Part shown: positions 52,141 through 64,000 of the stretch, piece after piece
Layout: the number at the start of each line of letters is the position of its first letter
How positions within the stretch are numbered: the stretch's first letter is position 1
NCBI GenBank assembly: GCA_964106645.2
Contig: OZ067046.1
DNA length: 64,000 nt
Direction: 5' to 3' (one strand)
Source of the DNA: Podarcis pityusensis
Lineage: Eukaryota
The notes under the pieces: generated by a model
Database searches by the model: none
What the model was told of the DNA's origin: nothing
What the model saw: only the letters and a program-made list of their open reading frames with translations
Position numbers and translations under genes: made by a program

Positions 52141-53100
52141 TAAATGTTTTTAGGTTTGTGAAAATTTTATGCATTCTAACTTGTGTTTAAATTAGGGGCA
52201 AATGCTTGAAAGAAAATATTGTGACTTCCTAGGGAAATGAAGAGTTTTAAGTTTGGTTAAGTTTTTATATAACTTTATACAATTTGTGTAAATGTTACTT
52301 TGATATGGGTATGTAGCTCCCCTTATGTGTCCAGCTCCTACTTTGTGTTAGTTTGACAATTAGAGACTTGATAACAAATCTCAATCTATATGCACTCAGC
52401 TTGTAAACAGTCACAAGAGTCCCATAATTGATGTCAACAGGAAATGAGACATTCAGATAAATTGCCCTATATATAAATTACATTTACATTAAAGTATATA
52501 GCAATTGTCCTGCTAATCTGCTGGAAATTGGGCATCTCTAAACTTTTAGAATTTTGTGTGCACTCACAAAGTAGCTACATTTTCTGGACAGTGATTCCCT
52601 GGGGTGTTCATTAAGTGAACTGACTTTACCCATACTGCACTCCTGGACTAAATATTTATTTATCATATTACAAGTAGTGGCAAGCATGCTTTTGGGAACC
52701 ATTCCAGTAAAAAAAAGCTTTGAGTTGTTTTTGTTGATGGGGTTTATTTTCACCAAGTATGAACTTGGAAATGCCATATTATTCCCTAGGGGTATTTTGT
52801 GTGTGGTAACTAATAGAAGCTTTAACCCTTCTTGTAGGATGCTCCAGTTGCCTATAAGATGATTATTAGAAATCAAGAGTTAAATCTAAAGTGATTAAGC
52901 TTTAATTTCCTTTGGAAACTGGTAAACTTCATTTTCTGAGCTTTATATTTGTTCTCTGTGTAGATTTTCTTTTGCACATTGCTAGAATGGAACATTATCT
53001 GACTTCGTTCAGTTCTGTGCCTTCCACTTTTGTTTTAAACAATGCAATTATAGTGAACATTTACTGGTTAACTATCTCATACAGCTCATTGATTTTTCAG

Positions 53101-53231
53101 TGACCCAGTACCAGCTGCAGTGCCCCAGTCTGATGTGTACAGGCTGCTACATGATGATGAGCAAGGATCAAGTAAGCCACGTCAGTCCGGTTCCTTTAAG
53201 ATTCTCCAAGACATGGTCTCTGATGAATCTG
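53101..53231 (+). CDS. PDLIM3: PDLIM3 exon 7 ([17 protein letters not shown]...[10 protein letters not shown]; ALP-family motif)
   Basis: tttcag/gttagt; 131 nt, phase 2-1. Confidence 0.95.
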
Positions 53232-54652
53232 GTTAGTTGCCATTTTTGTACGGCATCTCTCTTCACTTACATTGCATTACATTTCTATGATGCAGCCAGG
53301 CACGCCACCTCCTAGGGGAAGAGGTTTCTTCGGCCCCCTTAATATATGCTGGCAGGGGGGCAGGCCCCCTCGATATTGAGAGGGCGGAGGAGGCTGAGCA
53401 CGACACAGTTTAGTGGCTGCCTCCTCCTGAGCTTGAGAAAGGAAGCTGCACGATGCAACTACCTCTCCTATGCTCAGGAGGAGCCAAGCACTAAACTGTG
53501 CTGCACTTGGCCTCCTCCTGCTGGTGCAACATTGCACATGCATCGTGTGCCAGGCACATGATATCACTCACACATGATGTATGCCAGCCCCCAATCTTGC
53601 ACGCAAGACAGCGCCTCTGGATGCAGCCACTTTGCTGAAGCTAAGCAGGTTTTGGGCTTGTTAATTACTTAACAGGAGGCAACTCAGGACATCACTTACA
53701 CATTGTCAAAAAAGAGGGAAGACATCACCAAAAAAGGGCACAAGCTTGCATAAAATTTGCGTGCCATGATTAACATATACAGATGTGAATTAAGAAAGAA
53801 TTACAATAATTTAGCTAGACGTAAGATACTTCTCATTATTGTGGGGAACACTGTGACCAGGTGACCTGTGTGCCTACTCAACCTGTTGATAGGAAACTTC
53901 AAGGTTGCTGTTCTCTCTTCTTACAGAGATGGGAGACTTGGATTGGAGTGCACTTCAAATAAAATATTCCTTCAAAGAGTGGGCTATCCCCTGATAGCCA
54001 TTCAAATAGAGAACTGTAAACCTTGAGTTCCATAATGGAAGAAAGGCACTAAATAAAGTAAAGCCTAACTGGAACATGCACAGTGATACCAATATCAAAT
54101 GTTAACCAAGAGGGTTAAACATATGCAGACCATGTGTTCACAGTAAAAATGAGAGAGGGAGATAAAAGTAGCAGCATATATCTATTGCTTAATTAAATGG
54201 AATCCCCTAACTTACTGAGCAGTCCCATAACTCAGAAGTAAATCCAATTGTGTTGAATGAGGATTGCCCCCTAGGGTTTATCGGAATGTGCCTAAGGGAG
54301 AGAGGCTATAGACATGGCACCTGCATATAACTAGTGAACTTCTTTTTTAAAAACAGCTTAAAAATTGAGGAAATCACCAATATTATGCCAGAGAATTTGG
54401 ATGGTTAAAATAATAATCAAGCTTCATGTGTTTTGTTAGGCAATCCCTTGTTTTGTTTTGTTTTAATACTAATTAGCAATCTCATCTAGTAACTTTGCAG
54501 ATGAGAATGTAACACTAAGGGAGTACTTTTAATAATTTTTCTCCTACGCCATTTTCTCCGTCTAAATTGCATTTAACCCAAGACACTTAGAAGAAGCCTT
54601 GAGCTCTGTCCTGTCCTGTAAACAAAAGTGGCATCTTTTTCTTTTTCTCCAG

Positions 54653-54764
54653 ATGGTCGGGCCCCTGCTATAAGGAGTGTGAAAGCACCAGTAACGAAGG
54701 TACCTGCTGCTGGGGGAAGTGTGCCAAAGGTGCCCTTGTGTGACAAGTGTGGAAATGGAATTGT
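54653..54764 (+). CDS. PDLIM3: PDLIM3 exon 8 (RSVKAPVTK...[11 protein letters not shown]; LIM start)
   Basis: ctccag/gtaaga; 112 nt, phase 1-2. Confidence 0.95.
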
Positions 54765-55329
54765 GTAAGATACTATATTTTAGTTCTAATTGATTTATGG
54801 CATAGGTCTTTGGAAAAGTTCACATCGATCTAGTGGTGGGTGGGTATCTGTGATTTCTCTTTCATGAAGTTATACAAAATTCAAAGCATTCATACCTCTT
54901 TATAGAGCTATTCTTTATTGCACATTTTTATGCATTTTGTTTTATTTTGTTGGTGCAGCATATATTTTTAAAAGGTTAAATAAGGTTTGGGACAATGCTA
55001 TAAATAAAGTCTGCATAGCCTGTGTTGCTCTAAAAGAAATGTTGGCGAAGCTTCTTGATTTTACATGCTCTTCTTAGCTCCCACTGAAATTCAACCTCAG
55101 CAGGGTGCCTAACAGATGCTGTACAGATTGGCTGTAACAGCATATGATCAGGAGCTGCAGAGGTGAGGGTATCTGAAATTTACTTAGTGGTTTTCATCGG
55201 TCAAATTTTGGCTTGCAGGCATCTAGGTATATTTTATTTTTATTTTTTATTTTTAAGAAACCCGATTTTGTATATTCATAATTGAACTTTAACTTCTTTT
55301 ATTTTTACCCCCCTTTCTTTGATCTACAG

Positions 55330-55519
55330 TGGCACAGTGGTGAAGGCACGTGATAAGTACAGGCATCCTGAATGTTTCGTGTGCTCTGACTGCAACCTCA
55401 ACCTGAAGCAGAAAGGCTACTTCTTTGTGGAGGGGCAATTATACTGTGAAGCTCATGCACGAGCTCGTATGAGGCCCCCAGAGGGATATGAAGCCGTCAC
55501 TGTTTATCCCAAGGCTTAG
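55330..55519 (+). CDS. PDLIM3: PDLIM3 exon 9 (LIM domain, ...[10 protein letters not shown]...YCEAH...VYPKA*)
   Basis: ctacag acceptor; LIM Cys/His pattern; TAG 55517-55519. Confidence 0.97.
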
Positions 55520-57189
55520 CTGTCCGGAGAGACACAAATACCTGCATGCTCACATAAGGCACTATCCGCTTACAGCAGCAATACGACTGAAGGCAATCCA
55601 GCATTCTGCTTTTTAAAACAGGGAGGGAGACAGGATGGAGAAGTTGGGAGAAGGATGATCATTCTTGTAGCCCATGTTGGTATCTATGGGATTATTTCCC
55701 AAAACATTATCACTATGGCTGCCAGTGTAATCCAATGAGTTATAAATCTGACATGCTATATTAAGATCCTTTGCAAATTGAGTTCATGTATAATACTATG
55801 AGTAATCTACAGTGAGAGAACCATACTGTATTTTTAAAATGTTCCTCTGTTTCTCTGTACAAGTGCAATTAAATGGCTTTTTTAAAAAAGACATGTTCTG
55901 CAGCAGCATTTACTCCCCAGGTGTTTGTTACCTTCATATCCAGTGGAAGTGGGAAGACACATTCAGGAATATAATGTCTGAAGAAATATGACTTGTGGTG
56001 GTAGAAGCAGTGGTGGCAAATATCACAAGTTTTTAAAGAGGAGTGAAACAGATGTCTCAAATTAGCAGTTGTTGCATCCGCATAGGGCAAAATACAACCT
56101 CATACATTTTTGGAAGAAAACTCTGTGATAAAACAAATTTAAGCTTGTGTCTAGAGAAGTCAAGTGCAAGACTGTTGACAGGTGATGGCTAGTATAAAAA
56201 TTGTATATATACCTTAATGTTAAGACTGTAGCCTACTTTATCTCCCTAAGGCATTGTTATTGCAATGTTCTGATGTAACCTATATCTTCACCTGAAGGAA
56301 AAACATCAGTCCTCAGACCCTTTCTAAACTTCCTAATCCAGGCCCCCATCTAGCCTCTGGCGCTATCCCCAGGCCACATCCCCCACCTGAAAATATGCCC
56401 TTCTCTGGGAGACACCAAAATGATTTTTGTTGGGGAAAGAGTAGTGGTTGGGAGTACATTGAAAACAAATACATGAGAAGAGATTGCAAAAAGTACTTGT
56501 GAATTGAGTTCTCAGAGGAAAGGAAAGAGCTGGAGAATAAAGCTATCAGAGGGCACGATGCATATCGTTTTCCCAACAGAGACACAAGTAGCATAAGATA
56601 TGTGAACCATGTTTGGTTGTGTGCCAGAAGTTTCTGCCAGCACACGACACTTACTGTGGGGTCATTCAGCAAGTTAAATACAGGCTAGCTGTAGATGTTG
56701 GGGGAGAGATTAACTCTGGTGAGTTACCTTACAAGGACAGGTGTTTGGTCTTCCCAATAATAAAAAATCTACATTGTCAGTGTGGCAATCCTCACAAAGA
56801 GAGCCCAGACAGATGACCAAACTATCCTAGGGTACCTTGGTTATCTGTATCAACCTGCAGTGGAGTTCCAGGGCCCCAAAGGCAACAGCAATGGCTTACT
56901 ATATTTTGAAGTAAGTGAAGTAAAACATTATCATCTGTGGAGGCCTCCCTGCCTGAAATCCAAAGTCTAAAATGACTGAATTGCACAACTGTCAACCTGC
57001 CAATTGCAGTGGTCGACTGAAAAGTTGCTGCTATCTGAGCCAAACTGTGTCCATCAGCTCCCTTATTCTATGTGTGGGGGAAAATAAAAGCACAGTTGCC
57101 ACAGCAACTAATAAATTTCCTAAGACAGGCCCTACCATGTCAAGGTACCATTTCTTCAGCTGGAGGCTTAAGCGGTAGGGAGTGCACAT

Positions 57190-57355
57190 AGAAACATAAG
57201 AAACTGCCTTATATTAAGTCAGCCCATCAATCCATCTAGCTCAGTATTGTCTACACTGACTGGCAGCAGCTCACCAGGGTTTCAACCAGGGACCTTTCCC
57301 AGCCCTATCTGGAGATGGCTTGGGGTTCATCCTGGAACCTTCTGTAAGCAAAGCA
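57190..57355 (-). mobile_element. CR1-tail SINE-like fragment
   Basis: aacataagaaactgccttata...ccatctagctcagtattgtctacactgactggcagcagct; reverse-oriented relative at ~10620-10700. Confidence 0.6.
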
Positions 57356-57984
57356 AGTTATAAAATTTGCTTTCACCCATGGGTTACAGGAAGGATAGGT
57401 CTCACTGTGAACACAGAAAATCTTCCTTCTCCAGTGAAATAGATATTGAGCCTGCAGTCACGAAACACTGACATATAAGACTCAAATCCTGCTATATTAA
57501 AATAAATGAGACAGAATCTTTTTGTTCTCTATAAGAATCTACTGGAATGGAAAGGAGAAGTGTTGCTGCTGCTACCACACGACAATGGTGACATCATGCC
57601 AGGTCTAATTTTATATGCTAGTCAAAACCATTATAACAACCAAAGGTACCAGCAAAATCACAATGCAGAGTAAACTTTTAAATATAGCAGTAACATATAC
57701 GCTGTTGTATAATATTGTTGGGATCGAGCCCAGTTGGTTGGACTTCTCAGCGGCTGTGGAACAGGTGTAGGAAGGGTTTGCTAACCGTGTTCTAAATGCT
57801 AGAACTATTTGGAGACCCTTAATAGTGGGGCTACATTACAATATTTCCTGTAGTTAAGAGACCTGAACTTAAAACAACCAAGAAATAGTGTCCCTAGTTT
57901 TCAGATCTTTATAATTTTAGGAACTCGCTCACCTCCCCCTCAACTTTGGTTTCCTTTTTTTGAAGTTTTCAAACAGATAAAACT

Positions 57985-58147
57985 TTATTATTATTATTAT
58001 TATTATTAATGCTATTTTTCTAGAAAAAAAGGTGCCGGAACTCACCATGAACTTCTCCCTCATTCTCTTATAATGGAAATGGCACCCACCTGAGAGTTCT
58101 GACTAAAAAAAAAAAAGCCATTATTATTATTATTATTATTATTATTA
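57985..58147. mobile_element. Small MITE-like element flanked by (TAT)n microsatellite
   Basis: (tat)n on both sides of gctatttttt...ggtgccggaactc...gagttctg...aaaaaaagcc. Confidence 0.55.
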
Positions 58148-58710
58148 CGTACTGGTTTAATGGCTGGCAGAATTTCAATCTGATTCTGTTCTATGGATTC
58201 TTCTATACTTATTGCATTTATGTTTCAATCTGGGATTTCTTATTTTGCACAGTGCCACCAGCCTTGAGAAGGCTTGGATCTTAAAAGGCAAAATAGAACA
58301 AGAACAAGAACCACCTTTTTGGACTAATGAATCCCACACAATTAACGTACCGTAGAAACGCATAATACGGTGTGTCCCTCACCCCTGGGTGCTCAGGTGC
58401 TTTGCTCTACAACTCCCCAGGTGACAAAATCCGTTTAACGAACATCTAAAATGACGGTTATTCCAACTTTTCGAATCTACCTCAGAATTTACCTCAGAAT
58501 CCTGCAGGGGTAGCGCGCGGCCTCCAGGGGGCGTAGCGAAACGACGCGTGACGTAGAGAACGCTGCACAAGCAACCTTCCCGCGCGCGCGCCCCCCCCGT
58601 CTCTATGGAAACACGTTCCTTAGCAACCCTAGGTAGCCGAGTGGCGGTTAGAAAGCCTGAGAGCCTCAGTTTGAATGGGACGAGGATCGTGCGGGCGCAC
58701 GCGAGGAGGA

Positions 58711-58735
58711 ATGATGAGAGCCGGTGTTGGCTATA
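58711..58735 (+). CDS. CCDC110: CCDC110 putative coding exon 1 (MMRAGVGY)
   Basis: ATGATG followed by A|gtgagt phase-1 donor; start could instead be ATG 58675 or 58714. Confidence 0.5.
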
Positions 58736-58843
58736 GTGAGTCAGGCGGGAGCGGGGAGGGGTTAAAAGTTAGCCGGGCGGGCGGGGAAAGCTTCCGGCAG
58801 GAGACATCTATATTAACAGTATTAACGGCAAACTGCGTTGCAG

Positions 58844-58942
58844 GAACCCAGGAGTGCGGCAGGACGAGCGCCCCCAATTTCGGGAGGCTGAGGGAGGAAG
58901 AGAAAGGCTCTCCCGTGGGGCGCCAAGACGCCTCAGCTGCAG
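58844..58942 (+). CDS. CCDC110: CCDC110 putative exon 2 (TQECGRTSAPNFGRLREEEKGSPVGRQDASAA)
   Basis: ttgcag acceptor, CAG|gtgagc donor; 99 nt, phase 1-1, fits next exon; sequence poorly similar to human. Confidence 0.6.
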
Positions 58943-59397
58943 GTGAGCCGACTCCTCTCACCTGGACGTCGACAGGCCTATGATGACACTTCTATTATTG
59001 TTGTTGAAGATGCTGCCCTGTCCTCCTCCCTGGTTGGTGTAGGGATGCTGCGATGGGCAATGATGTAATTTCCTGCAACAGCACAGCGCCGTGGTGGGTT
59101 ATTGTGCCCACCCTCTGTGAGATGTTTCCCTGCACCCTTCCTCCATCATAATGTGAAAATAACAGTTTTTTAAAAAATCATTACTAACAGACTTCAGCAC
59201 CCGGATGCGCCCTTGCACCTCTCTCCCCAAACTGCTTACTCTAGCAGTAACCAGCGGTAAAGTACTTCACTTCCACAGCTGTCCCCAACCTCCAGAATTA
59301 AGGTGCCACTGAGTGCCAATTTTCTTTTTCCTGTGGTCAGCAAGGCAATGTCACTTATTTATTTATGGGAGTTGTACCCCTGCACTTTAGTTTAAAA

Positions 59398-59537
59398 CAG
59401 TGTCTCCCAAATGTGGGTCTCCAGTGGTTTGGGGACTACAATTCCCATCATCCCTGGCCACAGGTCCTGCTAGCTATAGGGATGATGGGAGTTGTAGTGC
59501 AAAAAACCAGCTGGAGATCCAAGTTTGGGAAACACTG
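59398..59537. mobile_element. Palindromic hAT MITE with 8-bp TSD
   Basis: GTTTAAAA at 59390-59397 and 59538-59545; cagtgtctcccaaa/tttgggaaacactg TIRs. Confidence 0.92.
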
Positions 59538-59837
59538 GTTTAAAAGGCTGTTGGAGAGACTTACCAAAATCAGTACTAAGATGGCCCACAAAGACATGAC
59601 ACATGGGGAGAAATGAATGGGAGGAAGGGAGGGCTGTCGGTTTCACCCTCCATGGGCAAAAGCCAAGTGGGGGAGGAGGGTTTAAGTCAGCCACAGCAAC
59701 AAAGGCTAAACTGGCAGGAGAACACATCTTCTTTGACCCTGTTGAATACTATTACACAAAAGCAACAAGCTGTCCACCATAAATGATTCCTTATGGCTGT
59801 GGAACATTTGACATATAGGCACATGGACTCAGTTGAG

Positions 59838-59960
59838 AGAATCATAGAATTGTAGAGTTACAAGCCCCAGCACAGCAGGAATCTTTTTGCCCAATGTGGG
59901 GCTGGAACCCACAACCCTGAGATTAAGAGTCTCGTGCTCTACTGCCTGAGCTATCCAGTG
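59838..59960 (-). mobile_element. tRNA-Lys(CTT)-headed SINE with CR1-like tail
   Basis: Minus strand tagctcaggcagtagagcacgagactcttaatctcagggttgtgggttccagccccacattgggc, then ...actctacaattctatgattct. Confidence 0.8.
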
Positions 59961-60503
59961 GCAGGTCTGTTCATATATTTTTCTCTATTTCTCAGGAATA
60001 AAATATTCTGGCATATCTTCTAGTATCAACCAGATTATACAATGGCAAATTTACTGCTGGATATAGTGTTTCAAACAGGCTTAGGATCTTTAATATGTAA
60101 ATTTCCAAGCCTTAGAAATTATGACTTTTATGGAGGTAACAAAAAAGTAACTTATATTTGTTACCACTTTGGCATGAATACTGAATATGCTTACTAAGAA
60201 CGAAACAGGCACATAAAAATACAGAATGTCGGAAGGAACAAGTGTAAATATGCATTAAGATGTTCTTGATTTAGGGAACACACTCTTGGTCTCGGTCAGG
60301 GATAGTGATTACGTAGTCTTCCAAAAGCTGTTGAGCTCCTACCATTGCTGACCACTGACCATGCTAGCTGGGGCTGATGGGATTGGAGTCCAATAGCATC
60401 TTAAGAGTCATAGATTCTCCACTCCTGGTCAAAGTACTAAAGTTTAAAGCCTCCAGACGTTCCAACATTATATTCTTCAGGGCTTATTGCACTGATTTTT
60501 CAG

Positions 60504-60556
60504 ATAAATCTGCTTCAGGAAGAGATGGGCAAGTCCAGCCACCATCAGCATTAAAA
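60504..60556 (+). CDS. CCDC110: CCDC110 exon (DKSASGRDGQVQPPSALK)
   Basis: tttcag/gtaagt; 53 nt, phase 1-0; resembles remembered human QIQPQSALK. Confidence 0.82.
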
Positions 60557-60789
60557 GTAAGTTTATCTGTTTGGGGGGGGCGGGCGGGCTGAGGGATAAT
60601 ATCCTGGCTAAAATACATAAATAATGGCTAGAAGAGAAGGTGGTTCAGTATGGATTTTAACGTTACCAAAGTTCTTTAGGCTGTTCCCTTGTTCTTACAT
60701 AATATGTTGTTAGGATTGTCAAGCCTGTGCTCCTGCAGCTGTCTACCAGCTCCATCAGGTGCACCAGCTGGGACCCTACTTGCCTGCAC

Positions 60790-61275
60790 ACTGGATCGCC
60801 ATAATTTTACATGCTCTGGTTACCTCCCGCTTGGACTACTGCAATGCACTCTACATAGGGCTACCTTTGAAGGTGACTCGGAAACTACAACTAATCCAGA
60901 ATGTGGCTGCCACACTGGTGACTGGGAGTGGCCGCCTGGACCATATAACATCAGTCCTAAAAGATCTACATTGGCTCCCAGTACATTTCTGAGCACAATT
61001 AAAAGTATTGGTGCTGACTTTTAAAGCCCTAAATGGCTTTGGCCCTGTATACCTGAAGGAGCGTCTCTACCCCCATTGTTCAGTCTGGACATTGAGCTCC
61101 AAGGGCCTTCTGGGGGTTCCCTCATTGCAAGGTTACAGGGAACCAGGCAGAGGGCCTTCTCAGTAGTGGTGCCCGCCCTGTGGAACACCCTCCCATCAGG
61201 TGTCAAGGAATTAAATATATATCTGACTTTTAGAAGACATCTGAAGGCAGCCCTGTACAGGTAGGTTTTTAATGT
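60790..61275 (+). mobile_element. L2 LINE 3' fragment
   Basis: SRLDYCNALYIGLPLKVTRKLQLIQNVAA...LHWLPV and RAFSVVVPALWNTLP...FRRHLKAALY. Confidence 0.9.
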
Positions 61276-61469
61276 TTGTGTTTCTTTAAGATAAAAAGAG
61301 AACATGGGCTTGCCTCATTATCCTGAAGCATATGGATAACCCAATCCAAAGATATGACTTTTCTTTTGGCAGCAATGTTGTGAACATAGTACAGAATTCA
61401 ACATGCACAATACAGATATCAAATATACCTAGATCAACTGTTTCAAAACTGTACATTAATTAATTTAAT

Positions 61470-61592
61470 TAATTTATTATTTATACCCCACCCATCTGGC
61501 TGGGTTTCCCCAGCCACTCTGAGCAGCTTCCAACAGAGCACTAAACTACAATAACCTATTAAACATTAAAAGCTTCCCTAAACAGGGCTGCC
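61470..61592 (-). mobile_element. L2-type LINE 3' tail fragment
   Basis: ttatttataccccacccatctggctgggtttccccagccactctg...ccctaaacagggctgcct, whose end is the reverse complement of the L2 end at ~61245-61275. Confidence 0.65.
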
Positions 61593-62023
61593 TACATGGC
61601 CTAAAGAGAGATCACTGTCTAACAGAGCAATCAAATTCCTTCTCTGCCCAGTTTAGCCAGCCAGCAAAGAGGAGTCCCACCAGCAGGAGTCAGTGGAAAA
61701 ACTCAAAATGTGTTCTGGGGGCAGAGCTGAGCCGGCATGGGATCCATAGGATCCTGAGCAGGTCTCAGTACTGTTGTGCAGTGGCATGAGACCTGATCTG
61801 GGCCTGGTGGCTGCGCCAGCTTGGAGTCAGATCAGTGATCAGGCCTGGGTTTGGCTCTGCCATTGTGCCCTGCCATACCTTCAACAATTTCCTCTTGCTA
61901 CAATGGTATGCCGTTTATATCTGGGAAGATAATAAATAGCAAGTAAAGATCACAATCTAGGCATAGGAAGAAAAAGTGCAGACTATTGCAGAATATGTCT
62001 AATTAATTAATTTTACAATATAG

Positions 62024-62089
62024 ATCTTACAACAGCAGTTGGATTCATTTCAAGCCCTTCGACAACAAACTTTGCAGAATGTCAGCATG
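62024..62089 (+). CDS. CCDC110: CCDC110 exon (ILQQQLDSFQALRQQTLQNVSM)
   Basis: tatag/gtaaga; 66 nt, phase 0-0; matches remembered human VLQHQLESFQALRMQTLQNVSM. Confidence 0.9.
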
Positions 62090-62945
62090 GTAAGACCAAG
62101 TCCTAAACAAGGTTTAATTCCTCATTCAATGCACAACCTTTCTAAAGGCCTCTAATATTCGCATGTTGCTTTTACATGTCAACTTTTTCTTGTTTTCTCC
62201 TGCTCTGGATCACCTCATCCTCTCAAAATTCCTTGCAATGAACATCTGCCACTTGGTTCCCCAATTCCAGATAGTAGATAAACTGCAGCTGGCTGGCTAT
62301 TGGACACTTTGTCTAAATGCCTGTGGTGAAGAAGGCCGTTTCAAGTGTCAAATCACCTTCCCTTTATTTTTTCCAATGATTCCCATTCCTACAAGATATG
62401 GTTATACGTATATATCAAAGTTCTGATAAACTTTGGGGTTTTCCCATTGTGGAAGCAAGAAGGGACTGACTGGTCATGCTTGCCAACAATATATGCATAT
62501 ATAAATATTATTATTATGTTTTTTTCAGAGGTTCCACAGTAAATAGTATAGTCAGAGATACCATGGTTTGCTATCCAGCATCACATCCAATAATAAGTAA
62601 TACTAAATATTTAAATTCTGCAAATGCTTTAGGGTGGGGTGGTGGTGGTAAGTCCCACTGAACGCAGTGGAACTTACTTCTGAGTAAGTGACATGCATAC
62701 ATTTGTACTCAAGTATTTTTTAGAATAAAAATAAGTTGCTACTAGGCTTAAAACGTGGGTGTGGTTCTCCCAATATTAGCGGGCTAATACAGTTCCCATC
62801 ATCCTTGACTACTGGCCATGCTTCTTGATACAAGCTGGAGTCCAACAATGTCTTGAGGGCCACAGCTTCCCACCTCTGCCTTTAAACCAATATAAAAAGG
62901 ATGAAAGCAGGAGAAGGATAACTATCTCACTTCCTGTTTCTTCAG

Positions 62946-63056
62946 GTTCAGTCTGAAATCAACCATATACTTAATAAAAATATAACTGATATGAAGAGCC
63001 CAGAATTTATTCCAGACAATTTACTTTTGACCAGCTCGTCTATCAACACTACTATG
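62946..63056 (+). CDS. CCDC110: CCDC110 exon (VQSEINHILNKNITDMKSPEFIPDNLLLTSSSINTTM); gene continues beyond window
   Basis: cttcag/gtatgt; 111 nt, phase 0-0; matches remembered human VQSEISEILNKSI. Confidence 0.88.
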
Positions 63057-63301
63057 GTATGTGGGGTTGTTTTGCTTTGTTTTGCTTTGCTGACATTAAT
63101 TATATAATGGCATTTTACGGTTCAAAGGAAGTAATCCCTCGGCTGAATTTACCATCATTTCTGATCCAGAGAGCAGTCCATGTAATATGCACCACAGTGC
63201 TCTATAAAGTAGAGAGCAAGTGTACTGCCACTTAGGATATAATTAATTCTCCTTGACTTTGTGACATTATAATCTTGAACATAAATGCCCCAGTTTCCTG
63301 A

Positions 63302-63543
63302 GGTCAGGAGCTGGAGTCAGGCGTAGGTCAGCAATAAAACAAAAACATGGTGTCAGTGAAGATAGCTCTTTATTCAAAGAAACCAAACTGGCATAGTGAT
63401 CCAAGCAATTCTTCCCAGTAGGTCTTGCCCCAATGAAACAGTTGTAAGGACTGAAGGTCCCCACCTTCCCAACACACTCTATGGCTGCTCCTCTCCAGGG
63501 TCTTTCCCAAGCAGTCGCAGACTGCATCTGTGCACAACCCAAT
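63302..63543 (-). mobile_element. LTR-like repeat, uninterrupted relative of 11975-13140
   Basis: Shared blocks aaaaacatggtgtcagtg, ctttattcaaagaaaccaaa, gtcttgccccaat, aggactgaaggtccccaccttcc, ccaagcagtcgca. Confidence 0.7.
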
Positions 63544-64000
63544 TCCTTGTTGAATTACTCTTTGCTTTTCCCTACTATTAATGATTTTTAAAATGCCTTA
63601 AAAGCTAGATAGTGTACAATGATTATATTCAAACAAACCTACCCTGCCCACAGCCCTACCATCTTAAAAACAAGCACCCACACACAAGAACTAAAGATGG
63701 AAAGGAGAGGAGAAGAGACACAAAAGGAAAGGGAGGCAGTAACTAGAGGTCATAAATTGAGGAGAACTAGCATACTTTCAAATGCTGTTCAGACAGTTGC
63801 AAAAAGAGAAAGGTGCAGATGTCAGGAGGCAGTGATTCTGTGGAATAAAATCTGTATAAAAACCTATATTCCCTTTTGAAAACAGCCACTCTATGCAACT
63901 CATTGGTGGTTCCTAGCTATGTTTCCTCGGTTGTTAAATACTGAAGGCCTTCTGATCTGACTGTTATCCCCTTCTCCCTCTCTCAGCCAAGAGGGCATCA

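Larger units (their letters stand above)
58340..58980 (+). promoter_or_regulatory. CCDC110: CpG island / CCDC110 promoter with tandem RFX X-boxes
   Basis: Only non-repeat CpG-dense stretch I can see; GTCTCTATGGAAAC 58599-58612 and GTTCCTTAGCAAC 58615-58627. Confidence 0.8.

Noticed and set aside
59888-59960. Functional tRNA-Lys gene
   Set aside because: Mutated acceptor stem and B-box, fused to a CR1-like SINE tail
60689-61305. Cluster of ORFs with reverse-transcriptase-associated motifs
   Set aside because: Truncated, frameshifted L2 LINE end, not a host gene

Overview
Vertebrate genomic DNA from a squamate reptile, probably a lacertid lizard (Sauria-type SINEs, CR1/L2/L1 fragments, many hAT and Tc1/mariner MITEs). 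Three + strand genes lie in the order known from human 4q35.1. (1) The 3' end of SORBS2/ArgBP2: linker exon, third SH3 domain, stop at 15456 and a ~2.3 kb 3'UTR. (2) Complete PDLIM3/ALP, CDS 31581-55519: 9 coding exons, with alternative ZM modules giving 364-aa and 316-aa isoforms. (3) The 5' part of CCDC110, with a CpG-island promoter carrying tandem RFX X-boxes. The most notable observation is three phase-0 cassette exons (2552-3364, 5347-5541, 7551-7658; 372 aa in total) upstream of the SORBS2 third SH3 domain. They are absent from the human ArgBP2 sequence as I recall it. The first resembles the muscle-specific SH3-2/SH3-3 insertion of the paralog ponsin/SORBS1, and the exons are flanked by RBFOX/QKI motifs and a perfect (GT)n(AC)n hairpin. 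Gene identities rest on remembered protein sequences; no database search was run.
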